Assembly (NCBI GenBank): GCA_012841175.1
Contig: DUVG01000032.1
Location: 1-42,845, forward strand
Reading direction: 5' to 3'
Source: Clostridium sp.
Lineage (GTDB): Bacteria > Bacillota > Clostridia > Acetivibrionales > Acetivibrionaceae
DNA: 42,845 bases
The notes under the pieces were generated by a model, which was not told the origin of the DNA, did no database searches, and saw nothing but the letters and a program-made list of their open reading frames with translations. How positions within the stretch are numbered: position 1 is the first letter of the stretch; every line of letters begins with the position of its first letter. Position numbers and translations under genes: made by a program. Shown one piece after another: positions 18,538 to 28,380 of the stretch.

Positions 18538-19929
18538 TTGAGTATTAGAGGAAAGCTAAAAGATTTTAAAAATAGACTGTCAGACAGGAAAATGTATACC
18601 ATTACAATTGTGGTGGTAGCCTTAGTTGCATCATGGGGAATATATCAGTACAAAAACGCGGCAAATTTACGACAGGAACTGGACAACCAATACAACAGGT
18701 CTTTTTATGACATGGTTGGGTATGTGGATAATGTACAAGCATTATTGATAAAATCTCTTATAACATCTACACCAAATGCCACTGCAACAACTATGCAGGA
18801 AGCTTGGAGACAGGCCAATATGGCTCAGACAAATTTAGGACAATTACCTGTTTCACAGCATGTTTTGGCAAACACGGCTAAATTTTTAAGTCAAGTAGGG
18901 GATTTAGCCTATTCAATAAATCATAAAAATATGGAAGGCAAAAATTTAGATGATAAACAGTACAAAATGATAGAAGACCTTCATGGCTATGCAGTAACTC
19001 TAAATCAAAGTTTAAATGATTTACAAAACCAAATTTCCACAGGAAGAATAAAATGGGGGGAATTAAGTAAAAAAGGGACTCCTTTGTTTCAAAAGACTTC
19101 TGGTGAAATGCCTAAAGAACAATTTGAAAATTTGGATAAGACATTTATAGATTATCCAACTCTTATTTATGATGGCCCCTTTTCTGACCACCTAACAGAA
19201 ATAAAACCAAAAGGCCTTACTGGAGAAGAATTAGATCAAGAAAAGGCAAAAGAATATGTTATTAAATTTTTTGGAAAAGATAAAGTTGAAAGCGTCAACG
19301 AAATAGGAAAAAACGACAATTCTGATATTAAGACATATAGCTATAATGTTGCATTTAAAAATGCTCCAAAAGATGATATTGCCACTATAGATGTTACTCA
19401 AAAAGGTGGACATGTACTTTGGATGCTTCGTAATAAAGAAATAGGAAAACATACAATAGATATAGACAAGGCAAAGGAGCTTGGAAAAAAGTTTTTAGAA
19501 GATAGAGGATATAAAGGAATGGTAGACACCTATTACTTAAAAGAAGATGGCACAGCTACCATAAATTATGCCTATAAGCAGGAAGATGTAACTATATATC
19601 CAGATCTTATTAAAGTAAAAATAGCTTTAGATAATGGTGAAATTGTTGGGTTTGAAAGCAAAGGATACCTTTATGCACATACTGAAAGAAATATACCGGA
19701 ACCTAAAATAACCTTAGAAGAAGCAAAGGATATGATTGGAGACAGAATGGAGATAATTAGTTCAGGTCTTGCAATTATACCTACAGATTATAAAACTGAG
19801 TTATTTACCTATGAGTTTAAAGGAAAATTAAATGATAAAGATTTTCTTGTATATATTAATGCGGAGACAGGAAAAGAAGAGAAGATTTTAATGATAGTAG
19901 ATACTCCAAATGGAATACTAACCATGTAA
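18538..19929 (+). CDS. ypeB: Germination protein YpeB
   Basis: Directly after sleB. YPTLIYDGPFSDH, YPDLIKVKIALDNG and YINAETGKEE motifs. Confidence 0.95.
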   Translation: MSIRGKLKDFKNRLSDRKMYTITIVVVALVASWGIYQYKNAANLRQELDNQYNRSFYDMVGYVDNVQALLIKSLITSTPNATATTMQEAWRQANMAQTNLGQLPVSQHVLANTAKFLSQVGDLAYSINHKNMEGKNLDDKQYKMIEDLHGYAVTLNQSLNDLQNQISTGRIKWGELSKKGTPLFQKTSGEMPKEQFENLDKTFIDYPTLIYDGPFSDHLTEIKPKGLTGEELDQEKAKEYVIKFFGKDKVESVNEIGKNDNSDIKTYSYNVAFKNAPKDDIATIDVTQKGGHVLWMLRNKEIGKHTIDIDKAKELGKKFLEDRGYKGMVDTYYLKEDGTATINYAYKQEDVTIYPDLIKVKIALDNGEIVGFESKGYLYAHTERNIPEPKITLEEAKDMIGDRMEIISSGLAIIPTDYKTELFTYEFKGKLNDKDFLVYINAETGKEEKILMIVDTPNGILTM

Positions 19930-19998
19930 GTTAAATCTAAAGGGAAACTGTGAATTTAAAAATAAAAAATATAAATAAAAAAAATAAACTATAGGGCA

Positions 19999-20043
19999 TA
20001 TAAGCTTCAGATGGATGTAAATAAAATTTCATCTGAAGCTTAT
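19999..20043 (+). terminator. Hairpin downstream of ypeB
   Basis: ataagcttcagatgga...ttcatctgaagcttat. Confidence 0.7.
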
Positions 20044-20226
20044 AATATTTTAATGCTATGTTTTAGAATAGAAGCTAATGTATAAATAAGTCTTTAATAA
20101 TGATATAATATTATAAGTTTAAGGTTTTAGAATATTAGATTTTCAAAAAAAATTATACAAAAATAAATATTTTAAAAGTAAAAAGCCACTGAATTAACTA
20201 TAAATAAAAAACGTGAGGTGTTAACT

Positions 20227-21168
20227 GTGGGGAAAGATTTTAAAAATCCAAGTCCTTTTCATGCAGGATTAATATATTCTATTTGCGTGTGTTTATACTT
20301 TTTTGCTAGTAGACTGTTTAGTAACTTGGGTTTTTATAAAGGAAATTTAATTAATCAGTTTGCATTAATATTACTTCCACCTGTTTTATTTCTAGTTTTA
20401 TTTAAATTTAATGTGAAGAAAGTATTAAGATTAAATAAAATTAAATTTAAAACACTTTTAATAATATTTTTTCTGGTTGCATCTGCAATGCCTTTAGTTG
20501 CTGTATTTAATTTTTTAAATCACTTTCTAGTTAAAATAATTTTTGGAAAATATGAATTTTTTCAGATTCCAGTAGAAAACAATTTACCTAGTATTTTAAT
20601 AAGTGTTTTTATTGTAGGTGTTATGGCAGGAATTTGTGAGGAAGTGCTTTTTAGAGGAGTTATTCAAAGGGGTCTTGAAAGGTATGGAATTAAAAAGGCT
20701 ATTATAATTACCGCACTACTTTTTGGACTAATGCATCTTGATTTTCAAAGACTTTTTGGAACTTTTCTTTTAGGAGCCTTGATGGGGTTTATTGTTTATA
20801 GAACAAATTCTCTATATGGTGGTATATTTGCTCATTTTACAAACAACTCTATAGTACTTCTTTTAGGTTTATATTCACTAAAAGCAGAAAAATTTATAGA
20901 GGATAGTGGAGTGGATAGAGATATTTTTTCACAATTTGAAAATGCATCTATGAGTGAATTGGTAATCATACTAATTGTATGTTTAATAATGTTTATGGTT
21001 TTTGGAGCAATTTTTAAAGTTTTTATGAATTTATTTATTATAAACACAGAAGATATAAAAGTTGATATTGAAGAAAATAAAGAACCTGTTAGGTTTAAAG
21101 ATATCATAACTTTTATTCCTGGACTTTTAGTGGTTGCATTAGTCTATATTATTCAAGGGATTTCTTAA
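20227..21168 (+). CDS. CPBP (CAAX/Abi) family intramembrane glutamic endopeptidase
   Basis: EEVLFRG, FGLMH and HFTNN motifs in a polytopic membrane protein. GTG 20227 behind GAGGTG. 20-nt 3' overlap with the convergent gene. Confidence 0.9.
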   Translation: MGKDFKNPSPFHAGLIYSICVCLYFFASRLFSNLGFYKGNLINQFALILLPPVLFLVLFKFNVKKVLRLNKIKFKTLLIIFFLVASAMPLVAVFNFLNHFLVKIIFGKYEFFQIPVENNLPSILISVFIVGVMAGICEEVLFRGVIQRGLERYGIKKAIIITALLFGLMHLDFQRLFGTFLLGALMGFIVYRTNSLYGGIFAHFTNNSIVLLLGLYSLKAEKFIEDSGVDRDIFSQFENASMSELVIILIVCLIMFMVFGAIFKVFMNLFIINTEDIKVDIEENKEPVRFKDIITFIPGLLVVALVYIIQGIS

Positions 21169-22174
21169 ACATACGTATATCTTGACCGGCAAATTTAAAC
21201 AAATCAAATCCACCTATTATTCTTGAGACAACTCTTTCTCCATAGTATTGGTTTAATTTATTAATTCCAATATTTGTAGAAACAATGGTTTTACATGGAT
21301 GGAGAATGTTGTTTTCTTGACGTATATTTATAATATTTAAAAGCTCTGCATATCTTGCAGCAGTTTGAGATTCTGTACCTAAGTCATCTATTATTAAAAG
21401 CTCTACATTATAAATGTTTTTATATACTGTATCCTCAAAAACTTCCCCTCTTTGAAATTTCAAATTATACTGATTTATGGTGTTAAAAAGAGAAGGAGAG
21501 GACTGATATAAAACAGTTCTTCCCTTTTCTAAAAGCTCTTTTGCAATGCAATTTATCATAAAGGTTTTTCCAACACCAGTTGGACCACTAAAAAAAAGAT
21601 TTTTTTCTTCAGGATTGTCTATATTATCAATAAAAGAAAGAGCCCTGGATTTAATTTTTAATATATTTTCCCGAGGTGTTATTTTAATTCCATATTTAGA
21701 TTGGTCAACAACATCAGGATAATAATTTTCATTAAAGTGAGAAAAATTTTCTTTGTCTAAAAGTTTTAAATTTGACTGATTAAATAGATTGTCAATATAT
21801 TGCTGTTTAAAGCAAAAGCATTTTTTAGTACCATTTGAACTGACAGTAAAACCTGTATCCTGGCATTGCTCACAGTAAAATTTCAATTCTAAAAAATCAG
21901 GGTCATTAAAATACTTTTCAAGAAGCTGTCTTTTTTCTTCTTTAAGATCAGAAATTTTTTTTAACAATTGTTCTATAGCTTTATCAAAAGATACAGATTT
22001 TTGAAGTATCATTTTAGTGTACTTAAGACCACTTACTTTTATTTGCTTGTCAATTTCTTCAATGAGAGGAACTTTAGAATAGGCTAAAGTTCTTCTCTTT
22101 GAAAGCAATTCATATGATTTTTTTTGTCTATTTTCATACTCAGATTTAATTAGGTTGTACACACTTTTGCTCAT
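21149..22174 (-). CDS. DnaC/DnaI-like replication ATPase (helicase loader)
   Basis: CEQCQDTG...CFC Zn motif, GPTGVGKT, LLIIDDLGTE, STN, ERVVSR; paired with a DnaD-domain gene. Confidence 0.88.
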   Translation of the reverse strand: MSKSVYNLIKSEYENRQKKSYELLSKRRTLAYSKVPLIEEIDKQIKVSGLKYTKMILQKSVSFDKAIEQLLKKISDLKEEKRQLLEKYFNDPDFLELKFYCEQCQDTGFTVSSNGTKKCFCFKQQYIDNLFNQSNLKLLDKENFSHFNENYYPDVVDQSKYGIKITPRENILKIKSRALSFIDNIDNPEEKNLFFSGPTGVGKTFMINCIAKELLEKGRTVLYQSSPSLFNTINQYNLKFQRGEVFEDTVYKNIYNVELLIIDDLGTESQTAARYAELLNIINIRQENNILHPCKTIVSTNIGINKLNQYYGERVVSRIIGGFDLFKFAGQDIRMFKKSLE

Positions 22175-22189
22175 ATTACCTCCAGAATT

Positions 22190-23164
22190 TTAAGCATTTT
22201 CATAAAGACTTTCAAGGTAGCCTTCATCATATTGACGCTGTTCAAAATTTTCTTTTTGAGGTATAGGTGGTGTAGATATCTTAGCTTTTTCGGTGGATGG
22301 TTTTTTTCGATTAGCATTATATACAAGAATTTCTTCTATGGTTTTTAGACCATTTTTATACCAATCAGTTATAATGCTGTTTATGTAATTAAAATTAGGG
22401 TTGGTTTTAAAGGTGGTCTTTTTAAGTGCCAACTCTATAATTTCAAAAGAATACTTATAATCCATTACCCAGGTTTCAACATATTTTTCTTCATATTCTG
22501 TAAGGTTTCTATTTAGTTTAAGTTTTTTAACTATAGATTTTCTCACATCTTTAAACTTTTTATATTCTATAGAATAGTTATCTAAGTCGAAAGAATTTTT
22601 TATATTTCTGCTCTTCCAACCTTCTGCAACCTTTTCTATATAAGGCTTTGCCAAGCCCTTTTGATCAAAACAATATTGAAAAAGTGCCAGCATTACATCT
22701 TCATCAAATTTAAACCTGTCAAACCAAGAGTCTATGTCGGTATACCAAGATGGAGACATAACACCTTGAAAAAAAGTATTGTTTATTGTGGATATAATTT
22801 CGTTGCGTCTTTTGTTTTTTTCACTATTTCTAATTGCCTCTTCAGGAGTAGATGTGGTTTTTAAACGGTACATTTTTTTGATTTCTTTTTCTTTTAAATC
22901 ATGAAGGGAAAGACCGTTTTCTTTCCATATTAATACTCCCATATTATCAAGGCAGGTCAAAGATTGCTTAACTGATGCCACATCCATATTAAGATTTTTA
23001 GCAAATTCTTCAGCGGAAGCTCTTTTATTGTGCTTGCTTAAAAACAAACAATACAAATATACCTTTACACAGTTTGAATCCATTAAAGGCATATATTCAG
23101 TAATAAAAATATCCGGTACCAATGTATCCGAATATAAAATTGATTTGTAAGAATCAAATAACAT
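22190..23164 (-). CDS. dnaD: DnaD/DnaB_2 domain replication protein
   Basis: FITEYMP...VKVYLY, YIEKVAEGW, NFNYINSIITDWYKNG and NFEQRQYD motifs. Confidence 0.85.
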   Translation of the reverse strand: MLFDSYKSILYSDTLVPDIFITEYMPLMDSNCVKVYLYCLFLSKHNKRASAEEFAKNLNMDVASVKQSLTCLDNMGVLIWKENGLSLHDLKEKEIKKMYRLKTTSTPEEAIRNSEKNKRRNEIISTINNTFFQGVMSPSWYTDIDSWFDRFKFDEDVMLALFQYCFDQKGLAKPYIEKVAEGWKSRNIKNSFDLDNYSIEYKKFKDVRKSIVKKLKLNRNLTEYEEKYVETWVMDYKYSFEIIELALKKTTFKTNPNFNYINSIITDWYKNGLKTIEEILVYNANRKKPSTEKAKISTPPIPQKENFEQRQYDEGYLESLYENA

Positions 23165-23433
23165 TAAAAACTCAATCCCTTCTTTATTTTTGGGAAAATA
23201 TTCTTATGTAGTGCATAAACATTATATCACATAAGTTTGCTATATTACAGGAATAATAAAACTTATATAATGTATTCTTAGGAAAAAATCTAGGAATTAA
23301 ACCTCTTTTTATGATATATCTTAAGTAATCTAATAATTTTTAAAGTAGAAAAAATACAGTTGATTTTTTTATAGTTTTATATTACTATATAAGATGTTAA
23401 TTAAAAATAGTGGTTAGTAATTTTATTTTTTAT

Positions 23434-23510
23434 GTGCCCATAGCTCAATTGGATAGAGTGCTTGACTACGGATCAAGAGGTTGAGGGTTCGACTCCTTCT
23501 GGGCACGCCA
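23434..23510 (+). tRNA. tRNA-Arg(ACG)
   Basis: GTGCCCA/TGGGCAC acceptor stem, anticodon arm cttga-ctACGga-tcaag, GGTTCGACTCC T-arm, encoded CCA. Confidence 0.97.
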
Positions 23511-23544
23511 AAAATTCCAGAGTTTTTTTAAACTCTGGAATTTT
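23511..23544 (+). terminator. Terminator after tRNA-Arg
   Basis: aaaattccagagttt...aaactctggaatttt. Confidence 0.8.
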
Positions 23545-23735
23545 GTTTTAGGAAATAATTTTTTACATATTTCAAAATACATAAAAATATTATAATTTGG
23601 GAAAAATATTTTTGTAGATATAGAAGGAATTTTAAAAAATATCTAGAATAGATATTAAGTAGTTCTATAATTGGAGTATTTTTGCTAAGGATTTTAGAAC
23701 GGTAAACTTCTTTCTATTCTACTAAAGTAAAAATA

Positions 23736-23791
23736 TTGCATATTATAGGTAAAAATAATCCGTTGCATATTAGCGTGGAAGTGCTTATAAT
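23736..23791 (+). promoter_or_regulatory. SigA-type promoter of the ABC operon with an upstream direct repeat
   Basis: TTGCAT(23763)-N17-TATAAT(23786). TTGCATATTA occurs at 23736 and 23763. Confidence 0.55.
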
Positions 23792-23827
23792 TATGTAGTA
23801 AAAAAAACACACAGGGGGAATCTAAGA

Positions 23828-25156
23828 ATGAAGAAAAAATTAGCAAGTTTGTTAGCATGTGTTATGATGATAGTACTTATTGTTACTGGTTGTGGTGGTA
23901 AAGGCGGAGAAGGTAATGTAGAGCCTACTAAAGCACCAGATACAGCTAATGACGACCAAGGAGATAAAGGTACAGGAACTAAGGATATTGAATTGACTTT
24001 ATGGAGTATTTCAACTGAGAGTGATGCATTTCACAATTCATACACTAAAGCAATTGCAGACTTTGAAGCTGCAAACCCAGGTGTTAAAATTAAACATGAA
24101 ACTTTTGAAAACCAATCATACAAAACAACTATTGCAACATCAGTTACAGGAAATGACCTTCCTGACATATTCTACACTTGGGGAGGAGGATTTTCTGCAC
24201 CATTTATAGACTCAGGTAATGTATTAGCTCTTGATGAGTATTTTACAGATGAGTATAAGTCACAAATAAATGATGCAGCACTAACTTATCAGACATATAA
24301 TGGTAAGGTATACGGTGTAACTTATACAACTCCTATTTCAACACTATTCTATAACAAAAAGATATTTGCTGAAAACAGTGTTGAGCCTCCAACTACTTTT
24401 GATGAGCTTGTTGATGTATGTGAAAAACTTAAAGCAAACGGCATTACTCCAATTGGAATAAGTGCAAAAGATACTTGGGTTCTTGCTATGACTCATGACA
24501 ACTTAGTTTTAAAATCAGCTGGGCATGATAAAGTAGTATCAGCATTAACTGGTGGTGGACAGAGTTATAACGATCCTGATTTCATTAAAGCAGCAGCTAA
24601 TTTCAAAAAGTTAGTTGATATAGGTGCATTTGTTGAAGGTGCAGCAGGAATGTCAAATGACGAAGCTAGTGCTGAGTTTTATGCAGGAAGAGTTGCAATG
24701 TTTGTAACAGGAAGCTGGATGGCAGGTTCAATTCAAAGTGACCCAGAAAACCCAGAAGATTTTGATGCTGTTCCATATCCTGTAGCAGGAAATAATGCAG
24801 CAGCAACTGATTTCATGGGTGGTGCAGCTGATACACTTATGGTAAGTAAATCTTCAAAAGACCCAGAACTTGCAGCAAAAGCAGCAATAGAATTGGCAAG
24901 AAGTATATCTAAGTACTCATACCTTGACGGCGCAGGACTTCCAGTTTGGGAAGTGGATTATGATGACAGTGAAGTAAACCCACTTACTAGAAAGCTTGCA
25001 AGCTTTGTAGAAGGTGCAACATCCTTTACACTTTGGTTTGATACACTTATGGAGTCTGAGTACAAGGATCCTTATTTAAACTTATTACAAGAGCTGTATT
25101 TTGGTCAGATTACACCAGAACAATTTGCAGAGAGAATGGATGAAAACCTTAATTAA
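23828..25156 (+). CDS. Carbohydrate ABC transporter solute-binding lipoprotein (family 1)
   Basis: Lipobox VTG-C, DFEAANPGVKI, LPDIFYTWGG, LFYNKKIF, PPTTFDEL and AMFVTGSW. Confidence 0.93.
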   Translation: MKKKLASLLACVMMIVLIVTGCGGKGGEGNVEPTKAPDTANDDQGDKGTGTKDIELTLWSISTESDAFHNSYTKAIADFEAANPGVKIKHETFENQSYKTTIATSVTGNDLPDIFYTWGGGFSAPFIDSGNVLALDEYFTDEYKSQINDAALTYQTYNGKVYGVTYTTPISTLFYNKKIFAENSVEPPTTFDELVDVCEKLKANGITPIGISAKDTWVLAMTHDNLVLKSAGHDKVVSALTGGGQSYNDPDFIKAAANFKKLVDIGAFVEGAAGMSNDEASAEFYAGRVAMFVTGSWMAGSIQSDPENPEDFDAVPYPVAGNNAAATDFMGGAADTLMVSKSSKDPELAAKAAIELARSISKYSYLDGAGLPVWEVDYDDSEVNPLTRKLASFVEGATSFTLWFDTLMESEYKDPYLNLLQELYFGQITPEQFAERMDENLN

Positions 25157-25191
25157 ATGCTGAATGGATGATTAGTAAGTCTTATATGATG

Positions 25192-25361
25192 TATCTTAGT
25201 GATGATTGCAAAATAGCAGTTTTACTAAGATAAATAGAGAAACTATATTTTCTCAAAAAGAGTTAAAGAAAATGGTTTTTTGAGAAAAATAATGTATAAG
25301 ATATCAAAACCTTTCGAGCAAATGCATAAATATTCAGTATTTGTTAAGAAAGGTTTTGATT
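25192..25361 (+). other. Three tandem stem-loops between the binding-protein gene and the first permease gene
   Basis: tatcttagt...actaagata (25192-25232), ttttctcaaaaa...tttttgagaaaa (about 25248-25289), atcaaaacctttc...gaaaggttttgat (about 25303-25360). Confidence 0.65.
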
Positions 25362-25400
25362 GTTTTTTAAAGGAGTAAGTTTAATAGGAGGGGTCAAAAT

Positions 25401-26279
25401 ATGGACTCTGTAAGAAAAAATAAATTAGCCATATTTTTATTTATGTTTCCTGCAGCAGTACTATTTATTACAGTAATTATCATACCAATTTTTATGTCAG
25501 TGTATTATAGTTTTTTAGACTATGGTATTGCAAAAAGTTCATTTATAGGACTGGGGAACTATAAAGAATTGTTTACAAATGCCACTTTAAAATTTCCAAA
25601 ATCAATTATAAATGCGCTTATTTTAGCGGTATTATCAGTTTTCATTCAATTACCAATATCCCTTGGTTTGGCTTTACTATTGGCAAAGGGGATAAAAGGG
25701 GAAAGATTTTTCTTAGGGGTATTTTTCCTGCCTGTATTGTTATCAACAGTTGTTGTAGGTCAACTTTGGAAAAAAATCTACTTTCCCACATATGGTATTT
25801 TAAATGTTTTGTTAAATTCAATGGGATTAGAGAACCTAACCAAAAATTGGCTTGGAGATCCTAAAGTTGTATTAATTGCAGTTTTTATCCCTTTGCTTTG
25901 GCAGTATGTTGGCTATCACATGCTTTTAATGTATGCAGGTATAAAGTCAATATCTCCAGATTTAAGAGAAGCTGCTCAAATAGATGGGGCAACTGAAGGA
26001 CAGGTGTCAAGGTACATTATAATTCCAATGCTTAAGCCAATTATTAGAGTTTGTTTAATTTTTGCAGTAACAGGTTCTTTAAAAGCATTTGACTTAATAT
26101 ATGTATTGACAGGTGGAGGACCATTAAGAGCTAGCCAGGTGCCTGCTACTTTGATGGTTGAACAGGCTTTTAGCAGTTACCGTTTTGGATTTGGAAGTTC
26201 AATTGCTGTCTCTATAATTTTCTTGTGTTTCTTTTTTGCATTGCTTATAAAAGCCAGTATAAAAACGGAGGAGATGTAA
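25401..26279 (+). CDS. Carbohydrate ABC transporter permease 1
   Basis: FIGLGNY, EAA loop LREAAQIDGA, FDLIYVLTGGGP. Confidence 0.95.
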   Translation: MDSVRKNKLAIFLFMFPAAVLFITVIIIPIFMSVYYSFLDYGIAKSSFIGLGNYKELFTNATLKFPKSIINALILAVLSVFIQLPISLGLALLLAKGIKGERFFLGVFFLPVLLSTVVVGQLWKKIYFPTYGILNVLLNSMGLENLTKNWLGDPKVVLIAVFIPLLWQYVGYHMLLMYAGIKSISPDLREAAQIDGATEGQVSRYIIIPMLKPIIRVCLIFAVTGSLKAFDLIYVLTGGGPLRASQVPATLMVEQAFSSYRFGFGSSIAVSIIFLCFFFALLIKASIKTEEM

Positions 26280-27131
26280 ATGAATAAATTCAAGAAGTAT
26301 ATAAATAAATTCAAAATAAAGTCAATATTTACCTATGTCATTCTAGGTATATGGGCAATTATAAATATATTTCCGTTATACTGGTTGTTTACTTTTTCTC
26401 TAAAGAGTAATAAGGAGATTTTTGGAGGAAATATAATAGGCCTTCCAAAGGAATGGATGTGGTCAAACTTCCATAGAGCTTTGACAATAGGTAGAGTAGG
26501 TAAATATTTTTTAAACAGTGTAATTGTAACGGGAATAACCATATTATTAACAGTGATTTTTGCAGCAATGGCTACTTATGCATTGACAAGACTTGTGTGG
26601 AAGGGAAGAAAAACAGCTAACAATATTTTTATGTTAGGTTTGACAATTCCAATTCATGCGGCAATTTTACCTATTTTCCTTGTATTGAGTAAATTAAAAA
26701 TGCTAAGCTCCTATCAGGCGCTAGTTATTCCTTATGTAGGTTTTGCATTAGCCATGGCTATTTTAATTTTTAGTGGTTTTATGTTGGGCATCCCAAGAGA
26801 ATTAGATGAGGCTGCCTGTATAGATGGATGTAGTGTATATGGAATATTTTTTAGAATTATATTACCCCTTTTAAAACCTGCTATTTCTACAGTGGCTATT
26901 TTTACTTATTTACAAGCGTGGAATGAGTTGATGTTTGCAGTTGTATTTATTAGAGATTCAGACTATAATACACTTACAGTTGGAATTCAGTCCCTTCAAG
27001 GTACTTTTTCTACAGAATGGGGACCTATTGGGGCAGCATTACTTATTACTACAATTCCAACCTTGCTACTATATGCTTTCATGAGTAAGAAAATTCAACA
27101 GAGCCTTATGGCAGGTGCAATTAAAGGTTGA
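26280..27131 (+). CDS. Carbohydrate ABC transporter permease 2
   Basis: FLNSVIVT, IPRELDEAACIDGC, AWNE, GAIKG terminus. Confidence 0.95.
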   Translation: MNKFKKYINKFKIKSIFTYVILGIWAIINIFPLYWLFTFSLKSNKEIFGGNIIGLPKEWMWSNFHRALTIGRVGKYFLNSVIVTGITILLTVIFAAMATYALTRLVWKGRKTANNIFMLGLTIPIHAAILPIFLVLSKLKMLSSYQALVIPYVGFALAMAILIFSGFMLGIPRELDEAACIDGCSVYGIFFRIILPLLKPAISTVAIFTYLQAWNELMFAVVFIRDSDYNTLTVGIQSLQGTFSTEWGPIGAALLITTIPTLLLYAFMSKKIQQSLMAGAIKG

Positions 27132-27144
27132 TGTGAATATTGGT

Positions 27145-27174
27145 GCTTCAGGAGGAATTTTTCCTCCTGAAGTT
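27145..27174 (+). terminator. Terminator after the ABC operon
   Basis: gcttcaggagga-atttt-tcctcctgaagt. Confidence 0.75.
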
Positions 27175-27341
27175 TAATTATTATATTGATTAACAATTCT
27201 AAAAACAAGTCACTTACAATTCTTTTTTTAAAAAATTTCCAACATATTAAATCATATAATTTTTTTAATATAACAAATTTATAAAAAGGCTATTAAAAAG
27301 CGGCGAATATTCTTATTGAGTTGACGAATTTTCTTGATAAG

Positions 27342-27377
27342 TTGAGAAGAAAAAATAAATTTGTTACAATTAACTTA
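27342..27377 (+). promoter_or_regulatory. SigA promoter positioned for a leaderless transcript of the sensor kinase
   Basis: TTGAGA(27342)-N17-TACAAT(27365-27370, with extended -10 TG)-N6-ATG; no SD present. Confidence 0.6.
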
Positions 27378-28369
27378 TGATTCAAAAGATAAAAGAAATA
27401 TTAGAGTGGTTTAATTCTAAAAAGATAAGACAAAAATTAATATTTGTATTATTAAAATTAGTTTTGATACAAGCCATTATGATTTTTATTGCATACTTAG
27501 CTATGCGAGAAAATACAGAGCAAACTACAATATTTATTTTAGCAATTACAATTGTATCTATTATCTCATTATGCTTAATTAGCGTGTTTTCTTATATATA
27601 TATAGTAAAGCCTATAGAAAAGCTTATGCAATATATCAATATGTTAAAATTAGAAGGAGATGGATGTATAGAATTATTTAATCAAAAAAGAAAAGAAATA
27701 CTAAAGGATACTAAACGATTAGTTGAAGTTGATAAAATTATTGATGAAGCTATATGTAAAGAAAGAGAAATAAAAAAACTAAAATTCCATGCTCTTCAAG
27801 AGAGCATAAAACCTCATTTTTTATACAATACATTAAGTTCTATAGCCGCTATTGCATTAGAAAATTCCGATGAAAAAACCTATGATGCTATTATGACCCT
27901 AGGTAACTTTTACAGAGAATTTTTAAGCAAAGGCAAAAAAGAGATATCTCTAAGAGAAGAAATTGAAATGGTAAAGAATTATTTAAAAATTCAAAAGTTG
28001 AGATTTGGTGATATGTTTGAGGCTGAATATGAAATTGATGAAAACTTACTAGATATTATAGTTCCTAAGTTAATTTTGCAGCCTTTAGTTGAAAATAGTT
28101 TATATCATGGTATAAGATTAAAAGGAGAAAAAGGCATTATAAAAATATCTGTTTATAAAGAAAAAAGAATACACTTAGTTGTTTTTGACACAGGAGTGGG
28201 AATGAGTGAAAAACAGTTAAAAGAAATAATGAGTAAAGGAGGGAAAGAGAGTTTTGGGCTTAAAGGCACAATAAATAGAATACAATATTATTATAATGAT
28301 TTGGATTTATATGAAATTACGACAAAGGAGGGTCTTTATTTTAAGATAGATATTAAGATTCCGATGTAG
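27377..28369 (+). CDS. YesM/LytS-type sensor histidine kinase, unusually short (no extracellular Cache domain)
   Basis: H-box IKPHFLYNTL, LREEI...YLKIQKLRF, ILQPLVENSLYHG, DTGVGM, FGL. Two TM helices joined by about 9 aa. Confidence 0.9.
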   Translation: MIQKIKEILEWFNSKKIRQKLIFVLLKLVLIQAIMIFIAYLAMRENTEQTTIFILAITIVSIISLCLISVFSYIYIVKPIEKLMQYINMLKLEGDGCIELFNQKRKEILKDTKRLVEVDKIIDEAICKEREIKKLKFHALQESIKPHFLYNTLSSIAAIALENSDEKTYDAIMTLGNFYREFLSKGKKEISLREEIEMVKNYLKIQKLRFGDMFEAEYEIDENLLDIIVPKLILQPLVENSLYHGIRLKGEKGIIKISVYKEKRIHLVVFDTGVGMSEKQLKEIMSKGGKESFGLKGTINRIQYYYNDLDLYEITTKEGLYFKIDIKIPM

Positions 28370-28380
28370 GGGGAAATTAT

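Noticed and set aside
20227-21168. CPBP protease as an MroQ-like maturase for the AgrD peptide
   Set aside because: It is 20 kb away and in a core-gene context; nothing in the sequence links the two.
21149-23164. IstB-like ATPase suggesting an IS21 element or a phage replication module
   Set aside because: Paired with a DnaD-domain gene in the usual clostridial chromosomal arrangement; no IstA transposase, terminal repeats or phage genes.
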